Made by a program: the position numbers and the translations under genes. This document shows positions 16,290-26,262 of a DNA stretch of 64,000 bases, piece by piece. The stretch is from Pseudomonadota bacterium. GTDB lineage: Bacteria; Pseudomonadota; Gammaproteobacteria; Steroidobacterales; Woeseiaceae. The notes below the pieces were generated by a model, which saw only the letters and a list, made by a program, of their open reading frames with translations, was not told the DNA's origin and searched no databases. The stretch covers positions 8,113-72,112 of the forward strand of contig JADFHE010000008.1 in NCBI GenBank assembly GCA_022567295.1, in the 5' to 3' direction. The stretch's first letter is position 1. Every line of letters begins with the position of its first letter.

Positions 16290-18803
16290 CTAATCTCCGA
16301 ATCTCTGAGTAAATCGAACGCCATACGATCGCGGCCGGTTGGTCATGGTGGTCCAGGCGGTTCCCGGCGGAACGTAGCCCGGAATGGCGGTGCCATAACC
16401 CGGATCAGAGAAATCGATTTCGGCACGCTCATCAAATGCGTTATTGATGAATAACCCGACAGACCAATTGTCCCTTTGGATACCCGCCGATAGATTCACC
16501 AGCGTGTATGCATCCATTTCCCGCCTGGCGGGGACATTTAGCGTATCGAGATCATTCCATCGTTTGCCCGTATAAGATACAGCGGCCTGGAAGAAAGAGG
16601 GCATGGATCCCAATTCGAATTCGCTTCGCCAGATGCCGGTCAACTGCAACTCCGGCACATAGGGCATCGGTGTGCCTGCCGGTGCGTTTGCTGGCTCACC
16701 GGCAACTCGATCATCGTCCGTGCGCCAGAAATCAGTCTCAAGTTCGGCGTCGTTATAGGAGCCTGCGAACGTCAATTCGTTGTTGTCATTGGCTGCAAAA
16801 GTCAGATCCCACTCGAGACCCCTGGTCTGCGAGTTACCGACATTCTGCACAATGGTCAGGTTGGAAACGGTGAAATCGAGGAAGCCAAACTGAAAATTAT
16901 CCCAATCGATAATATAGGCCGCACCGTTGAATCGTAGACGACCATCGGCAAGCAACAATTTCCAGCCGAATTCGTAGTTGGTGACAAAATCAGGATCGTA
17001 CTTGGGGATGCCGGGCACTCGTGCGCGGTTCACACCACCGGCCCGGAACCCTTCGGACCAGGTCACATAAATCATCTTGTCGTCACCAAGGGAATATTCC
17101 GCGTTGATCTTGAAGGCCCAGTCATCGCCCTTGGCCACGTCATCCAGGATTCGGGTGTCGAAGCAGGGATACTGTACTTCACCGCCATCTGCTGCAGGGA
17201 TTACGACAAATACATCGTCAATGTATTGGCCGGTGCAATGCCGGACAAAACCATTAAATCCGTACAGTGAATTCTCGTATTCGAAGTACCGGGCGCCAAC
17301 GGTGGCGGTAACTTTATCGCTGAAGTCATAGGTTAACTCACCGAAAAATGCCGTATCCTCATCGTCACGTACCTGGTACGTCTGCCATACCGTGTTGCCG
17401 CCGAATTTGCGATCACCGGTAGGGGACTCGACCACCGTCAAGTTGGTATCAAGATCTGGGACGATCCACTGCAGGTCAAAATTGTGCTCCTGTGCCTGAA
17501 AAAACGCGCCGGCAATCCACCTCAGGCTAGTGTCCGCCGAGGACTGGAGGCGCAATTCATGGCTCTGGCGCTTGTATTGCTCAAAGCCACCGACATATTG
17601 CGTTCCGATGGCACATTCGTAATAGCCATCCCCTACAGCCCCTACATTTCGATCACTGTAGTAAACGCACCAGGTACCCCCGGAAGTATATTGCGAGTAA
17701 GTGGCCCAGTATTCCGTGTAGTCACTGTAGTCGTACTCACTGATATTTTCCCGATCCAGATAGGCACCCGCATAGACAAGGTCGATATCTCCGATACTGC
17801 CCTCCAGCGTCAGCGTCGCCTGATACCATTCATCATCAGCAAACGCATCCCACATCGCGCCGCTCTGCAAATCGCCCTGATCTTCCGGATTGTGGGCCCA
17901 GGTGCCTTCAATCTTAGAATCCTGGTAAATGATGCCCGGCGTGACTGACCAGTTGTCGTTCAGATCCACTTTCAGCAAGGCACGCAGGCCGGACGTCCTC
18001 ACTGTGTTGTAGTCTTTCCTGGCAAATGCGAAGTTATCTGTCGAAGTGGGCAGCGACCCGGGGCCGGGGAGCCCGGGGCCAATCGGCGTTCCGCCGGGGA
18101 AGTCCATCGTGGCGGGCACCAGATCGATAAAGCCGGCCGTTTCTTTGGTCCAGGCGACCAGCCTGACAGCGGCGCGTTCGCCGATCGGAATATTCCCGAA
18201 ACCGTTCAGGTTGTAGCCCGTGCCACCATCGTCGATTGTGTTGCCTTCAATGTCATAGCCGAATTCGCTTCGACCCATGACCGGCTTGTTGGTAATGATA
18301 CGAATGGTGCCTGACTGGCTGCCCTGGCCATAGAGCGTTCCTTGCGGGCCGGATAACGTCTCGACACGGGCGATGTCGTACATATGGATGTCCAGGATCT
18401 GGTTGATCGTGGTCACCGGTTGTTCGTCCAGGTAAAAGCCAACACTGGGCATGGAAGCGGAGTGGTTGCCGTCGCCGCCGCTCGCGATGCCGCGCATATA
18501 AATCTTGGCATAGCCGGGCCCGGAGGAGTCATAGGAAACGGTAGGCAGCATATCGATGTAATCTTCAAATGACCGGACATTTAGATTTTCCAGTTGCTGG
18601 TTATTCATTACCTGGATTGAAACAGGCACATCCTGGAGATTCTGTTCCCGTTTTGCGGCCGTGACGATAATTTCGTCAAGCATAGCGTCCTGAGCCAGCA
18701 CTGGCGACGCAGCGATTGCGGCTACGGCAGAACCTGCCAGGGCCAAGGAAATTGCTCTTGCCAAGCGATTGCGTTTGAAATTCTTCACGTATTTCCCCTG
18801 CAT
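16290..18803 (-). CDS. TonB-dependent receptor
   Basis: Signal peptide ending AQD, plug motifs LDEIIVTAAKREQNLQDVP and ETLSGPQGTLYG, and a long beta-barrel. Start taken at MQGKYVK; the ORF track extends to 18839. Confidence 0.9.
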   Translation of the reverse strand: MQGKYVKNFKRNRLARAISLALAGSAVAAIAASPVLAQDAMLDEIIVTAAKREQNLQDVPVSIQVMNNQQLENLNVRSFEDYIDMLPTVSYDSSGPGYAKIYMRGIASGGDGNHSASMPSVGFYLDEQPVTTINQILDIHMYDIARVETLSGPQGTLYGQGSQSGTIRIITNKPVMGRSEFGYDIEGNTIDDGGTGYNLNGFGNIPIGERAAVRLVAWTKETAGFIDLVPATMDFPGGTPIGPGLPGPGSLPTSTDNFAFARKDYNTVRTSGLRALLKVDLNDNWSVTPGIIYQDSKIEGTWAHNPEDQGDLQSGAMWDAFADDEWYQATLTLEGSIGDIDLVYAGAYLDRENISEYDYSDYTEYWATYSQYTSGGTWCVYYSDRNVGAVGDGYYECAIGTQYVGGFEQYKRQSHELRLQSSADTSLRWIAGAFFQAQEHNFDLQWIVPDLDTNLTVVESPTGDRKFGGNTVWQTYQVRDDEDTAFFGELTYDFSDKVTATVGARYFEYENSLYGFNGFVRHCTGQYIDDVFVVIPAADGGEVQYPCFDTRILDDVAKGDDWAFKINAEYSLGDDKMIYVTWSEGFRAGGVNRARVPGIPKYDPDFVTNYEFGWKLLLADGRLRFNGAAYIIDWDNFQFGFLDFTVSNLTIVQNVGNSQTRGLEWDLTFAANDNNELTFAGSYNDAELETDFWRTDDDRVAGEPANAPAGTPMPYVPELQLTGIWRSEFELGSMPSFFQAAVSYTGKRWNDLDTLNVPARREMDAYTLVNLSAGIQRDNWSVGLFINNAFDERAEIDFSDPGYGTAIPGYVPPGTAWTTMTNRPRSYGVRFTQRFGD

Positions 18804-18960
18804 CCAACTGTTGATATTGCTGTATCTTAATACTGACAATTATGTGCCATTCGGTTCCAACTGTCTATGAATATAAAGATATATACATGCCAATATGTGG
18901 TATGTACGCCACAATCCGAAATTGCTTCCCGTCCGGGCACATTCATGGATAATGTAATCT

Positions 18961-20979
18961 ATGCCAAAGGCCGATAAACCCGACAGAGCTGACCCGCAGA
19001 TCGCCCTCAAGAATGCGGCTGATCTGCTCGCTCACGATCCGCAGCTGGCCCACGAGCAAGCGCAAGAGATTCTGAAAGTGTATCCCGATACCGTTGCGGC
19101 CAAACGGATACTTGCTACTGCTTTTCGCCTGCAAAAAATGCCGCAAAAAGGGCTGGATGTATTGGCGCCACTGCTTGACGGGCACACCGATTCTCCCGAT
19201 TTTTTGCATGAAATCGCACAATGCCAGGGTGGCGTCGGGCGGGGTGATGATGCCATCACGACCCTGCGAAAAGCGGTCACGATTGACCCGAAGCATGCGG
19301 CGGCCTGGCAAAGCCTCGGCCATCAGTTGGCGGTCGCCGGTGACGAAGACGGCAGCCGCCAGGCTTTTCAACGGCATTTTGAACTCTCCACCCCGCATCC
19401 GGAACTGGTCGAGGCCAGCAGACTGCTGCGTGATGACAAAGTGGGCAAGGCGGAACCCATTGTTCGCGCTTTGCTGAAAAAGCACCCTGCTGACGTGACT
19501 GCCATTCGGGTGCTGGCCGATATAGGCATCAAACTCGGGCAATTGAAAGATGCCAGCCATCTGCTGGAGCGTTGCCTGGAACTGGCGCCGGATTTTCATG
19601 CGGCGAGACACAGCTACGCAATAGTTCTGATGCGCCGGCAGAAGCCGGAGGCTGCCATAGACGAGGCTGAGAAACTACTGGCGCAGGAACCGGACAATCC
19701 CAATTTTCTGACCCTCAAAGCGTACATCCTGAATCGCATCGGGGACCAGTCGGGGGCGCTCGAGATTTACGAAAAAGTACTGAAAGACTACCCCAACCAG
19801 GCCAGGGCCCAGATGAGCTACGGCCACACGCTACATGCAGTCGGAAGGATGGACGAAGCCATCGAGGCCTACAACAAATGCATCCGCCTGAGCCCCGAGG
19901 TGGGCGAAGCCTATTGGAGCCTGGCCAACCTCAAGACCTTCCGCTTCAGTGACGAAGACATCGACAACATGCGCAAGCAGGTAACGACCGAGGGCGGCGA
20001 TGCCGATGACCAGTCGCATCTGGCCTTTGCACTGGGGAAAGCACTGGAGGACCGCAAGGAATACGACGAATCGTTCAAATTTTACGGGCGCGGCAACGCC
20101 ATCCGTCGACTCACGCATCGCCACATCCTTAAAATCAATGTTCTGGATTCACTGCGGCAAGTTCGGGCATTACCGAGGGCGTTCTTTGAGCAACGCAAGG
20201 GTTGGGGTTGCGGCGCGCCGGATCCAATTTTCATCGTCGGTTTGCCACGCGCCGGATCGACCTTGCTGGAGCAGATCCTGGCCAGCCATTCACAGGTTGA
20301 AGGCACAGCTGAACTCATGGACATCATCGCGATTTCGCGCAAGCTGGGCGACAAGAAGCGCGAAAACCCAGCCGGAAAATATCCGGAAGTACTTGCCGAG
20401 CTGACCCAGGACCAGGTCCGGGAGTTGGGCGAGAGTTACCTGGAAACCACCCGCATCCAGCGCACTACTGATGACCCATTTTTTATCGATAAGATGCCCA
20501 ATAATTTCCGGCACATCGGATTGATCCACCTGATTCTGCCCAACAGCAAGATCATCGACGCGAGGCGCCACCCGATGGGCGGCTGTTTTTCCGGCTTCAA
20601 GCAGTTGTTCGCCCGCGGTCAGACTTTCACTTATGGCCTGGAAGACATCGGCAAGTACTACCGTGATTACGCCAGGGTGATGGACCACTGGGACGAGGCG
20701 TTGCCCGGCCGCGTGCACCGCGTGCAGTACGAAGAAATGGTGGCCGACACCGACGCACAAATTCGCGCGCTGCTGGACTATTGCGAACTGGATTTCGAAG
20801 AACAGTGCCTGAGGTTTTACGAAACCGACCGGGCCATACGCACGCCCAGCGCAGAGCAGGTCCGCAAGCCGATCTACAAAGAAGGTCTGGAGCAGTGGCG
20901 AAATTTCGAGGCGCACCTCGATCCGCTCAAGGAAGCGTTGGGGCCGGAGGTCCGGCGGCAGTATTCCATCGATCTCTAA
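18961..20979 (+). CDS. TPR-repeat / sulfotransferase fusion protein (paralogue 1)
   Basis: 672 aa; N-terminal ~330 aa of TPR-like repeats. The C-terminal sulfotransferase domain carries the PAPS 5'-phosphosulfate-binding loop GLPRAGSTLLEQIL and IIDARRHP. No signal peptide. Confidence 0.85.
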   Translation: MPKADKPDRADPQIALKNAADLLAHDPQLAHEQAQEILKVYPDTVAAKRILATAFRLQKMPQKGLDVLAPLLDGHTDSPDFLHEIAQCQGGVGRGDDAITTLRKAVTIDPKHAAAWQSLGHQLAVAGDEDGSRQAFQRHFELSTPHPELVEASRLLRDDKVGKAEPIVRALLKKHPADVTAIRVLADIGIKLGQLKDASHLLERCLELAPDFHAARHSYAIVLMRRQKPEAAIDEAEKLLAQEPDNPNFLTLKAYILNRIGDQSGALEIYEKVLKDYPNQARAQMSYGHTLHAVGRMDEAIEAYNKCIRLSPEVGEAYWSLANLKTFRFSDEDIDNMRKQVTTEGGDADDQSHLAFALGKALEDRKEYDESFKFYGRGNAIRRLTHRHILKINVLDSLRQVRALPRAFFEQRKGWGCGAPDPIFIVGLPRAGSTLLEQILASHSQVEGTAELMDIIAISRKLGDKKRENPAGKYPEVLAELTQDQVRELGESYLETTRIQRTTDDPFFIDKMPNNFRHIGLIHLILPNSKIIDARRHPMGGCFSGFKQLFARGQTFTYGLEDIGKYYRDYARVMDHWDEALPGRVHRVQYEEMVADTDAQIRALLDYCELDFEEQCLRFYETDRAIRTPSAEQVRKPIYKEGLEQWRNFEAHLDPLKEALGPEVRRQYSIDL

Positions 20980-20981
20980 GC

Positions 20982-22595
20982 ATGGATTTGCCTGAATCTC
21001 TGCAGCGGGCATTGCACTATCTGCGAACCGGCTCGCCGGCAGAGTGTGCGGGTGTGTGTGATGAAATCCTGGCCGAGAGTCCGGGGTTGATCCAGGCACT
21101 GTATCTGCGCGGTTGCGCCGCATTTGAGACTGGCGACATCGCCCGGTCGGTCAATGACCTCGAAGCCGTCCATGGCAACCATCCGGAGCACCTGCACGCG
21201 GCCTACAATTTAGGGCGATCTTTGCGGGCAGCGGGCAGGCTTGAGGAGGCGCTGGCGCCACTGCAAGCGGCCCTGGGCGAGGATGAATTCGCAGTGCCTG
21301 CCCGCTACGAACTTGCCACCTGCCTGACTCGGTTGCGGCGCAGGCCCGAAGCTATCGATCACTACCAGGCCATCCTGACGTTGCAGCCTGACAATGCGCA
21401 GGTGGCCGCAAACCTGGCGTCAGTGCTGGAGCGCGAAAACCGACTGGATGAGGCTGAAAGCTGGACAGCCAAGGCGCTGCTGATGGATCCCGTCAATGAG
21501 ACGGCACAAATGACGCGCGCCACGCTGGATCGACGCAGCGGAAAATATCCGGAGGCAGCACAAGGACTCCGCAGTTTGATCCCGGGAATTAACGACCCCA
21601 TCAACCGCAGCATCGCCTGGAATCAGTTGGGTCAGTGCCTGGAAGGCCAGGAGGACTGGGACGAAGCCTTCGATGCGTTCAGTGAATCCAACCGAATCTT
21701 AAAGGAGGGTCACACAGGCTCACTCCCCGACCCGCGTGGCCCGCACGGTCTGCAGACCCTGGCCCGGATTCACGAGTGGCTGCAAGAGAATCCGATGAAA
21801 ACTTGGAAAAAGCCGGCCACTAATGACACCGGCGGTATTGCATTCCTCGTTGGCTTTCCAAGGTCCGGCACCACGTTGCTGGATCGCATGCTCTGGGCTC
21901 ACCCGGAAGTCGAAGTACTGGAAGAAAAAAGCCTGTTCTCCTCGCTTCACCAGGACTGGGCGGAGCCCGGTACACTGGAGGCGCTGGCCGACCTCAACGA
22001 CGCGCAGATTACTGACGCCCGTAAAATATACCGACGGGAAATGTCACGCCACCGGCGTCAACCGCAACGCTCCCTTGTGATTGACAAATTGCCGCTGAAT
22101 CTGGCCTACCTTTTCCTGATTCACCGGTTGTTTCCGGAAGCGCCGGTGATATTTCTATTGCGCCACCCCATGGATGTCTGCATCAGCTGTAATTTTCAGG
22201 CTTTTGAGCTTGAAGCATCAATGGCCTACTTTCTCGATATCCAACAGACTGCGCAGTATTACGATGCTGTTATGCAAGTGGCGGTGCCGTCCATGGAGCA
22301 GATCGACAATCCACTGCACCAATTACGTTACGAAGATCTGGTGGCCGAGCCGCAACACCAGCTTGCGCCATTGCTTAGTTTCCTTGCTCTGGAAAGCCAC
22401 GATTCGATGCTGGAATACCGTCATCAGGGCGGCGGCGAAACAAGCAATACTCCCAGCTACCAACAGGTGGCGCAGCCACTGCATACCCGATCGATTGGCA
22501 GGTGGCGGCACTACTCAAGACAGCTTGAATCCAGTCTTTCGATCCTGCAACCATGGGTCAAGCGGTTTGGATATCAGAAAACGAACAGCGCTTAA
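20982..22595 (+). CDS. TPR-repeat / sulfotransferase fusion protein (paralogue 2, more divergent)
   Basis: Start at MDLPESLQ, 2 nt after the paralogue-1 stop (the ORF track's upstream extension overlaps paralogue 1). TPR repeats followed by GFPRSGTTLLDRML and LLRHPMD. Confidence 0.8.
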   Translation: MDLPESLQRALHYLRTGSPAECAGVCDEILAESPGLIQALYLRGCAAFETGDIARSVNDLEAVHGNHPEHLHAAYNLGRSLRAAGRLEEALAPLQAALGEDEFAVPARYELATCLTRLRRRPEAIDHYQAILTLQPDNAQVAANLASVLERENRLDEAESWTAKALLMDPVNETAQMTRATLDRRSGKYPEAAQGLRSLIPGINDPINRSIAWNQLGQCLEGQEDWDEAFDAFSESNRILKEGHTGSLPDPRGPHGLQTLARIHEWLQENPMKTWKKPATNDTGGIAFLVGFPRSGTTLLDRMLWAHPEVEVLEEKSLFSSLHQDWAEPGTLEALADLNDAQITDARKIYRREMSRHRRQPQRSLVIDKLPLNLAYLFLIHRLFPEAPVIFLLRHPMDVCISCNFQAFELEASMAYFLDIQQTAQYYDAVMQVAVPSMEQIDNPLHQLRYEDLVAEPQHQLAPLLSFLALESHDSMLEYRHQGGGETSNTPSYQQVAQPLHTRSIGRWRHYSRQLESSLSILQPWVKRFGYQKTNSA

Positions 22596-22866
22596 AGCGC
22601 CAGTTAGAAGCCCGGCACATGGCCGGACTTTCGGTTTCCTGGCAGCAATCTTCAGGTGCGATCTCTGTGAAGTGCAAACTGACGATCTTCCATCAAGGCA
22701 CGCCGTGAATACAGTCCACCCCGACGCGCGAAGCGAGGACAGGCCGAATGCCCATCTCCCCAGCCTGACCAATTCAAAATAAGCAAAATCGTCGTTGTTA
22801 GTGGATCGCGGTCTGGAGAGACTCCTGATAAGCCACGTCATGCCAATCGGCAGGTCAAACCTATTT

Positions 22867-23784
22867 TCACACTTCGCGGAGGCTGAATCCGTGTTCGCGT
22901 TCCAACAAAGCAGCCAGTTCATGCCCAGCCGTTGCCGACATCGCAGTCAGTGGTGGGCGGACATTGGCCCACCGCTCGTCACCGGTGGCGATTGCGAGCA
23001 GACGCTTCTGCGCCGGGATCGGGGAATACTCCTGCAACGTTAGCCGCAATCGCTTGACGGTCTCGTGCTGCGCTTCCGCTGCAGCGTGGTCACCGTCAAC
23101 ATGTAATTCTACGACCTTGACGATGTTGCCCGCATTGACGTTGGCGGTTGCCGTGATGCAACCCGGGGAGCCAAGCGCCAACGCCTCAAGTAGCGGCAAT
23201 TCCGATCCTGGATAAACAACTAAGCCGTCAATATCAAGCAGCGCCCGCGTATTATTCCAATCGCCGGAACTGTCCTTGATGCCGACGATCTGATCCGGGA
23301 ACGCCGCGTGCAGTCGCGAGGCCAGCGTTGGCGGCACACCAACAATGGCGACCGGTGGAATGTGGTACAGATAGATGCACGCGTCCTGTCCGATCGCTGC
23401 AATCAATTGCTCAAAGTAGTTAAAGAGCCCGTCTTCGGAAACGTCCTTGTAATAAAACGGCGGCAAAGTCAGCACGCCAGCACAGCCCATGTCGAGACAA
23501 GCGCGCGATAATCGGGCAGTGTCCGCCACATTTGACAATCCGGTACCCGGAATCAATCGCTTCGGGTCGATGCCACTGTCAATTAAATCCTCAATCGCGG
23601 CGATCCGTTCGTCTATGCCAACTGACAAGGCTTCGCCTGTCGTGCCGAACGGCGCGATGCCAGCGCAGCCCTGCTCAATCAGCCATTTCGCATGAGCGAC
23701 ATAAAGATGGGTTGCCACCAGGAAGTTATCGTCGAACGGCGTCAAAATCGGCGCAATAATGCCGCGAATTTTCTCGACCGTCAT
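22867..23784 (-). CDS. Dihydrodipicolinate synthase/N-acetylneuraminate lyase-family class I aldolase
   Basis: 305 aa; GIIAPILTPF, GTTGEA and the Schiff-base lysine context GIKDSSGD. AGGAA RBS upstream. Confidence 0.8.
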   Translation of the reverse strand: MTVEKIRGIIAPILTPFDDNFLVATHLYVAHAKWLIEQGCAGIAPFGTTGEALSVGIDERIAAIEDLIDSGIDPKRLIPGTGLSNVADTARLSRACLDMGCAGVLTLPPFYYKDVSEDGLFNYFEQLIAAIGQDACIYLYHIPPVAIVGVPPTLASRLHAAFPDQIVGIKDSSGDWNNTRALLDIDGLVVYPGSELPLLEALALGSPGCITATANVNAGNIVKVVELHVDGDHAAAEAQHETVKRLRLTLQEYSPIPAQKRLLAIATGDERWANVRPPLTAMSATAGHELAALLEREHGFSLREV

Positions 23785-23977
23785 CCAGTCAATTTCCTAA
23801 CACGACACGCAATTATTGTTGTTGTTGGCACCTTCGATCACATGAACAAGGCAACGAGGGTCTAATAATATCGCAGTCCGGGTCGATTTGGCAGACGTCG
23901 GCCGTATCGTTATTTACGATCATCGAGTAATCAATCGACATATGTTCGGGGTTCGTGCTGCGAATAATCCGAATTGC

Positions 23978-25147
23978 TCATGCCCGAGAGATCACCCGGG
24001 CAGGTTTCGCAGGCTCGACGATATGTTGCCAGGCTTCCTTTCCGGTAACTGATGCGTAGTTCGCACGTATTTCTTTCGCCACCTCTGTAGCGTCATCGGA
24101 CCTGCAGATCGACAACACACAACCGCCAAAACCACCGCCGACCATGCGCGAACCGAACACACCAGTGCTGGCATTTGCCGCCGAAACCAGTGCTTCAAGC
24201 TCGTCGCAACTGACTTCAAAGTCGTCGCGCAAGCTCGCGTGACAGGCGTCAAACAGTGTACCCAGATCTTGTAATTCGCCGTTCTCGAGCGCCTGGACTG
24301 CACTCTGCACACGCTCGTTCTCGGTTAGAACATGACGACAGCGCCGATACAACACATCACCGAGTGCCGTTCTGTTCGCCTCAAGAATATCTGTCCGCAA
24401 GTCGCGTAGCGACTCGATTTCCTGCCCGTCACGTACGAGTATTTCCACGGCTGCCACGCATTCGTCGGCACGGCTATTGAGCTGGCCGTCGGGGAGACGG
24501 TGTTTAACACCGCAGTCGGTCACAATGAATCCCATCTCGGATGGTATCGGAATCTGGGCCACTTCCAATGACCGGCAGTCCAGCAAAATCGCATGTCCTT
24601 CCTTGGCGCAGTTCAATGTGTACTGATCCATGATGCCGCACTGAACTCCGGCATAGCGCTGTTCGGCTCGCTGGCACAGCTTGGCCAGATCGGGCTCCGG
24701 AACACGTTCCCCGGCAATCGAAAGCAGCGCTTTGGCGACAGCAAGTTCCAGCGAAGCTGATGAGCTCAGGCCCGCACCCAGCGGAATATCACTGTCGATG
24801 AGAATATCGGCACCGCACAGTACGATACCGAGGTCTTCGAGTTCCGCGGCGACGCCCTTCACGTATTCGACCCAGCTGAACGACTCACCCGGTTGAATGC
24901 CATCCAGCTCGAACAGACACGTTGCGCCGACATTGTGCGATGTGACCCTGATTTTTCGATCATCGCGCGGGCTTGCTGTCGCCCAGGTGAAGAGCGCTGT
25001 GCTCATCGGCAATACGAAACCGTCGTTGTAGTCCGCGTGCTCGCCGATGATGTTGACCCGCGCCGGCACCTTTACGAGTAAAGCGCCGTCCGCATTCCCG
25101 CCGCCGAAGTCGTGCAACGCGGCGCGAAACTTTGCTGGCATACTCAT
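23978..25147 (-). CDS. galK: Galactokinase-like GHMP kinase
   Basis: RVNIIGEHADYNDGFVLP (galactokinase signature) and PLGAGLSSSASLE (GHMP ATP motif). The ATG overlaps the upstream stop (ATGA); the ORF track extends to 25171. Confidence 0.75.
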   Translation of the reverse strand: MSMPAKFRAALHDFGGGNADGALLVKVPARVNIIGEHADYNDGFVLPMSTALFTWATASPRDDRKIRVTSHNVGATCLFELDGIQPGESFSWVEYVKGVAAELEDLGIVLCGADILIDSDIPLGAGLSSSASLELAVAKALLSIAGERVPEPDLAKLCQRAEQRYAGVQCGIMDQYTLNCAKEGHAILLDCRSLEVAQIPIPSEMGFIVTDCGVKHRLPDGQLNSRADECVAAVEILVRDGQEIESLRDLRTDILEANRTALGDVLYRRCRHVLTENERVQSAVQALENGELQDLGTLFDACHASLRDDFEVSCDELEALVSAANASTGVFGSRMVGGGFGGCVLSICRSDDATEVAKEIRANYASVTGKEAWQHIVEPAKPARVISRA

Positions 25148-26220
25148 GCCCGCATCTCGACGCTCAGCCACCAGTGTCGCTTGCCGCCCGCCTCGAGCCA
25201 GGGCACCGCATTATTTTCGATTGCCTGGTTGACGCAGTCGTAGGGACTTGTTGCAGGCTCGAAGCCAAGATTCCTGTAGGGCTCCGAGCCACAGCCCGAC
25301 CAGCCCCGATTGTTGATCCACAGACCGAGCCACGGCAGTTCGATTGGATCGAACCTGAAGGTCAGCTGCGCGCCGCTATTGCCCACCAAGACGCTCGCGA
25401 TTCCTGTCGCCGGTGAGCGAACAAAAATTTTACTCACCAACAAGCGTTGCGCTCCATTGACGGCGAAGCTGCGGGACAGGTCGACCGATCTGCCGTCTTG
25501 CAGATGAAGATGTGGCCACTGTTGCGCTATACCGCCGTCCAACAGTTTTCGGGTCGCGTTATCCTCAACACGCAGCGGCAAATCGCCTTGCAAATCGATG
25601 CGTGCATCGGACTCGACGGCCAGTAACGCATGCGCGCACCAATAGCATGGCAGTGGCTCATCACCGTCATTGATCAGCGAATAGTCCAGTTCGATGACCG
25701 GCTCGCCGTTCGGCAAGCGTATCCGGCGCCGGAATCGATAGGGAGCAGCGGTGCCGAGCGCAGTCATGTCGCAGACGACGTCTCCGGCCGCCGTCACCCG
25801 CAGATCTGCAACGGACCATTCACAGCCGACTAGGTCGCCGTGGTCCGGGACCGCGCGAATCTGATGGTTCGCCAAGCGAATCTTTCCGGGCTTGATCGAC
25901 AGCAACACCTCGTCCCAGCCGCCGGAATCGTGGTCTCGACTGAAGTCGGCGTCACTGCTTGGTCTCGAGAGCGGAATATGGGGGTTTTGCCACAGCCAGT
26001 TGCGGCCACTGCGCCGGTCGACCATTTCGATAATCTTGCCGCCGACGGCAGGCGCGATCGCGAGATCCACACAGTCATTTTGCAGGCGAATGATGTCCAG
26101 CCCGCCGCCGGACAGATCCTGTCGATAGCTGCTCACCGGTGATTGTCCAGGCTGATTTCCGACATTCTTCCTAGCATAAGCATCATCCGGAGCCTTTGAA
26201 AATGGACATTTAATGCGCAA
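25144..26220 (-). CDS. Aldose 1-epimerase (galactose mutarotase)-like fold protein
   Basis: 358 aa; VGGKIIEM..GRNWLW, PDHGDL, YSLINDGDEPLPCYWCAH and LGFEPAT follow the mutarotase-family motif order. The start is uncertain: TTG at 26220, or GTG near 26136. Confidence 0.55.
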   Translation of the reverse strand: MRIKCPFSKAPDDAYARKNVGNQPGQSPVSSYRQDLSGGGLDIIRLQNDCVDLAIAPAVGGKIIEMVDRRSGRNWLWQNPHIPLSRPSSDADFSRDHDSGGWDEVLLSIKPGKIRLANHQIRAVPDHGDLVGCEWSVADLRVTAAGDVVCDMTALGTAAPYRFRRRIRLPNGEPVIELDYSLINDGDEPLPCYWCAHALLAVESDARIDLQGDLPLRVEDNATRKLLDGGIAQQWPHLHLQDGRSVDLSRSFAVNGAQRLLVSKIFVRSPATGIASVLVGNSGAQLTFRFDPIELPWLGLWINNRGWSGCGSEPYRNLGFEPATSPYDCVNQAIENNAVPWLEAGGKRHWWLSVEMRA

Positions 26221-26262
26221 TGATGGATATTCTTACGAAAATCTAAAACACGGTAATGCAGC

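Noticed and set aside
18867-18977. 36-codon ORF (MNIKIYTCQYVVCTPQSEIASRPGTFMDNVIYAKGR) in the AT-rich promoter region, overlapping the first sulfotransferase start. I considered it as a precursor peptide.
   Set aside because: It has no RBS, lies in the promoter region of two divergent genes, and its length is compatible with chance. It is weaker than the 23813-23941 candidate.
20290-21123. Long antisense ORFs in the supplied track. Examples: 20290-21123, 18943-19611, 28020-28883, 28971-29558, 7074-7664, 1759-2526, 17484-17948, 37321-37893, 41690-42265 and the upper part of 44603-45421.
   Set aside because: Each lies fully opposite a gene with strong family motifs and shows Arg/Ala/Gly-rich, low-complexity composition with no recognisable motifs. 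This is typical of shadow ORFs in moderately GC-rich DNA.
22619-22708. 29-codon ORF (MAGLSVSWQQSSGAISVKCKLTIFHQGTP) downstream of sulfotransferase paralogue 2.
   Set aside because: It has no RBS and no distinctive composition. The region is more simply the convergent 3' spacer, with only a weak 5-bp hairpin (CCGGC-ACATG-GCCGG).
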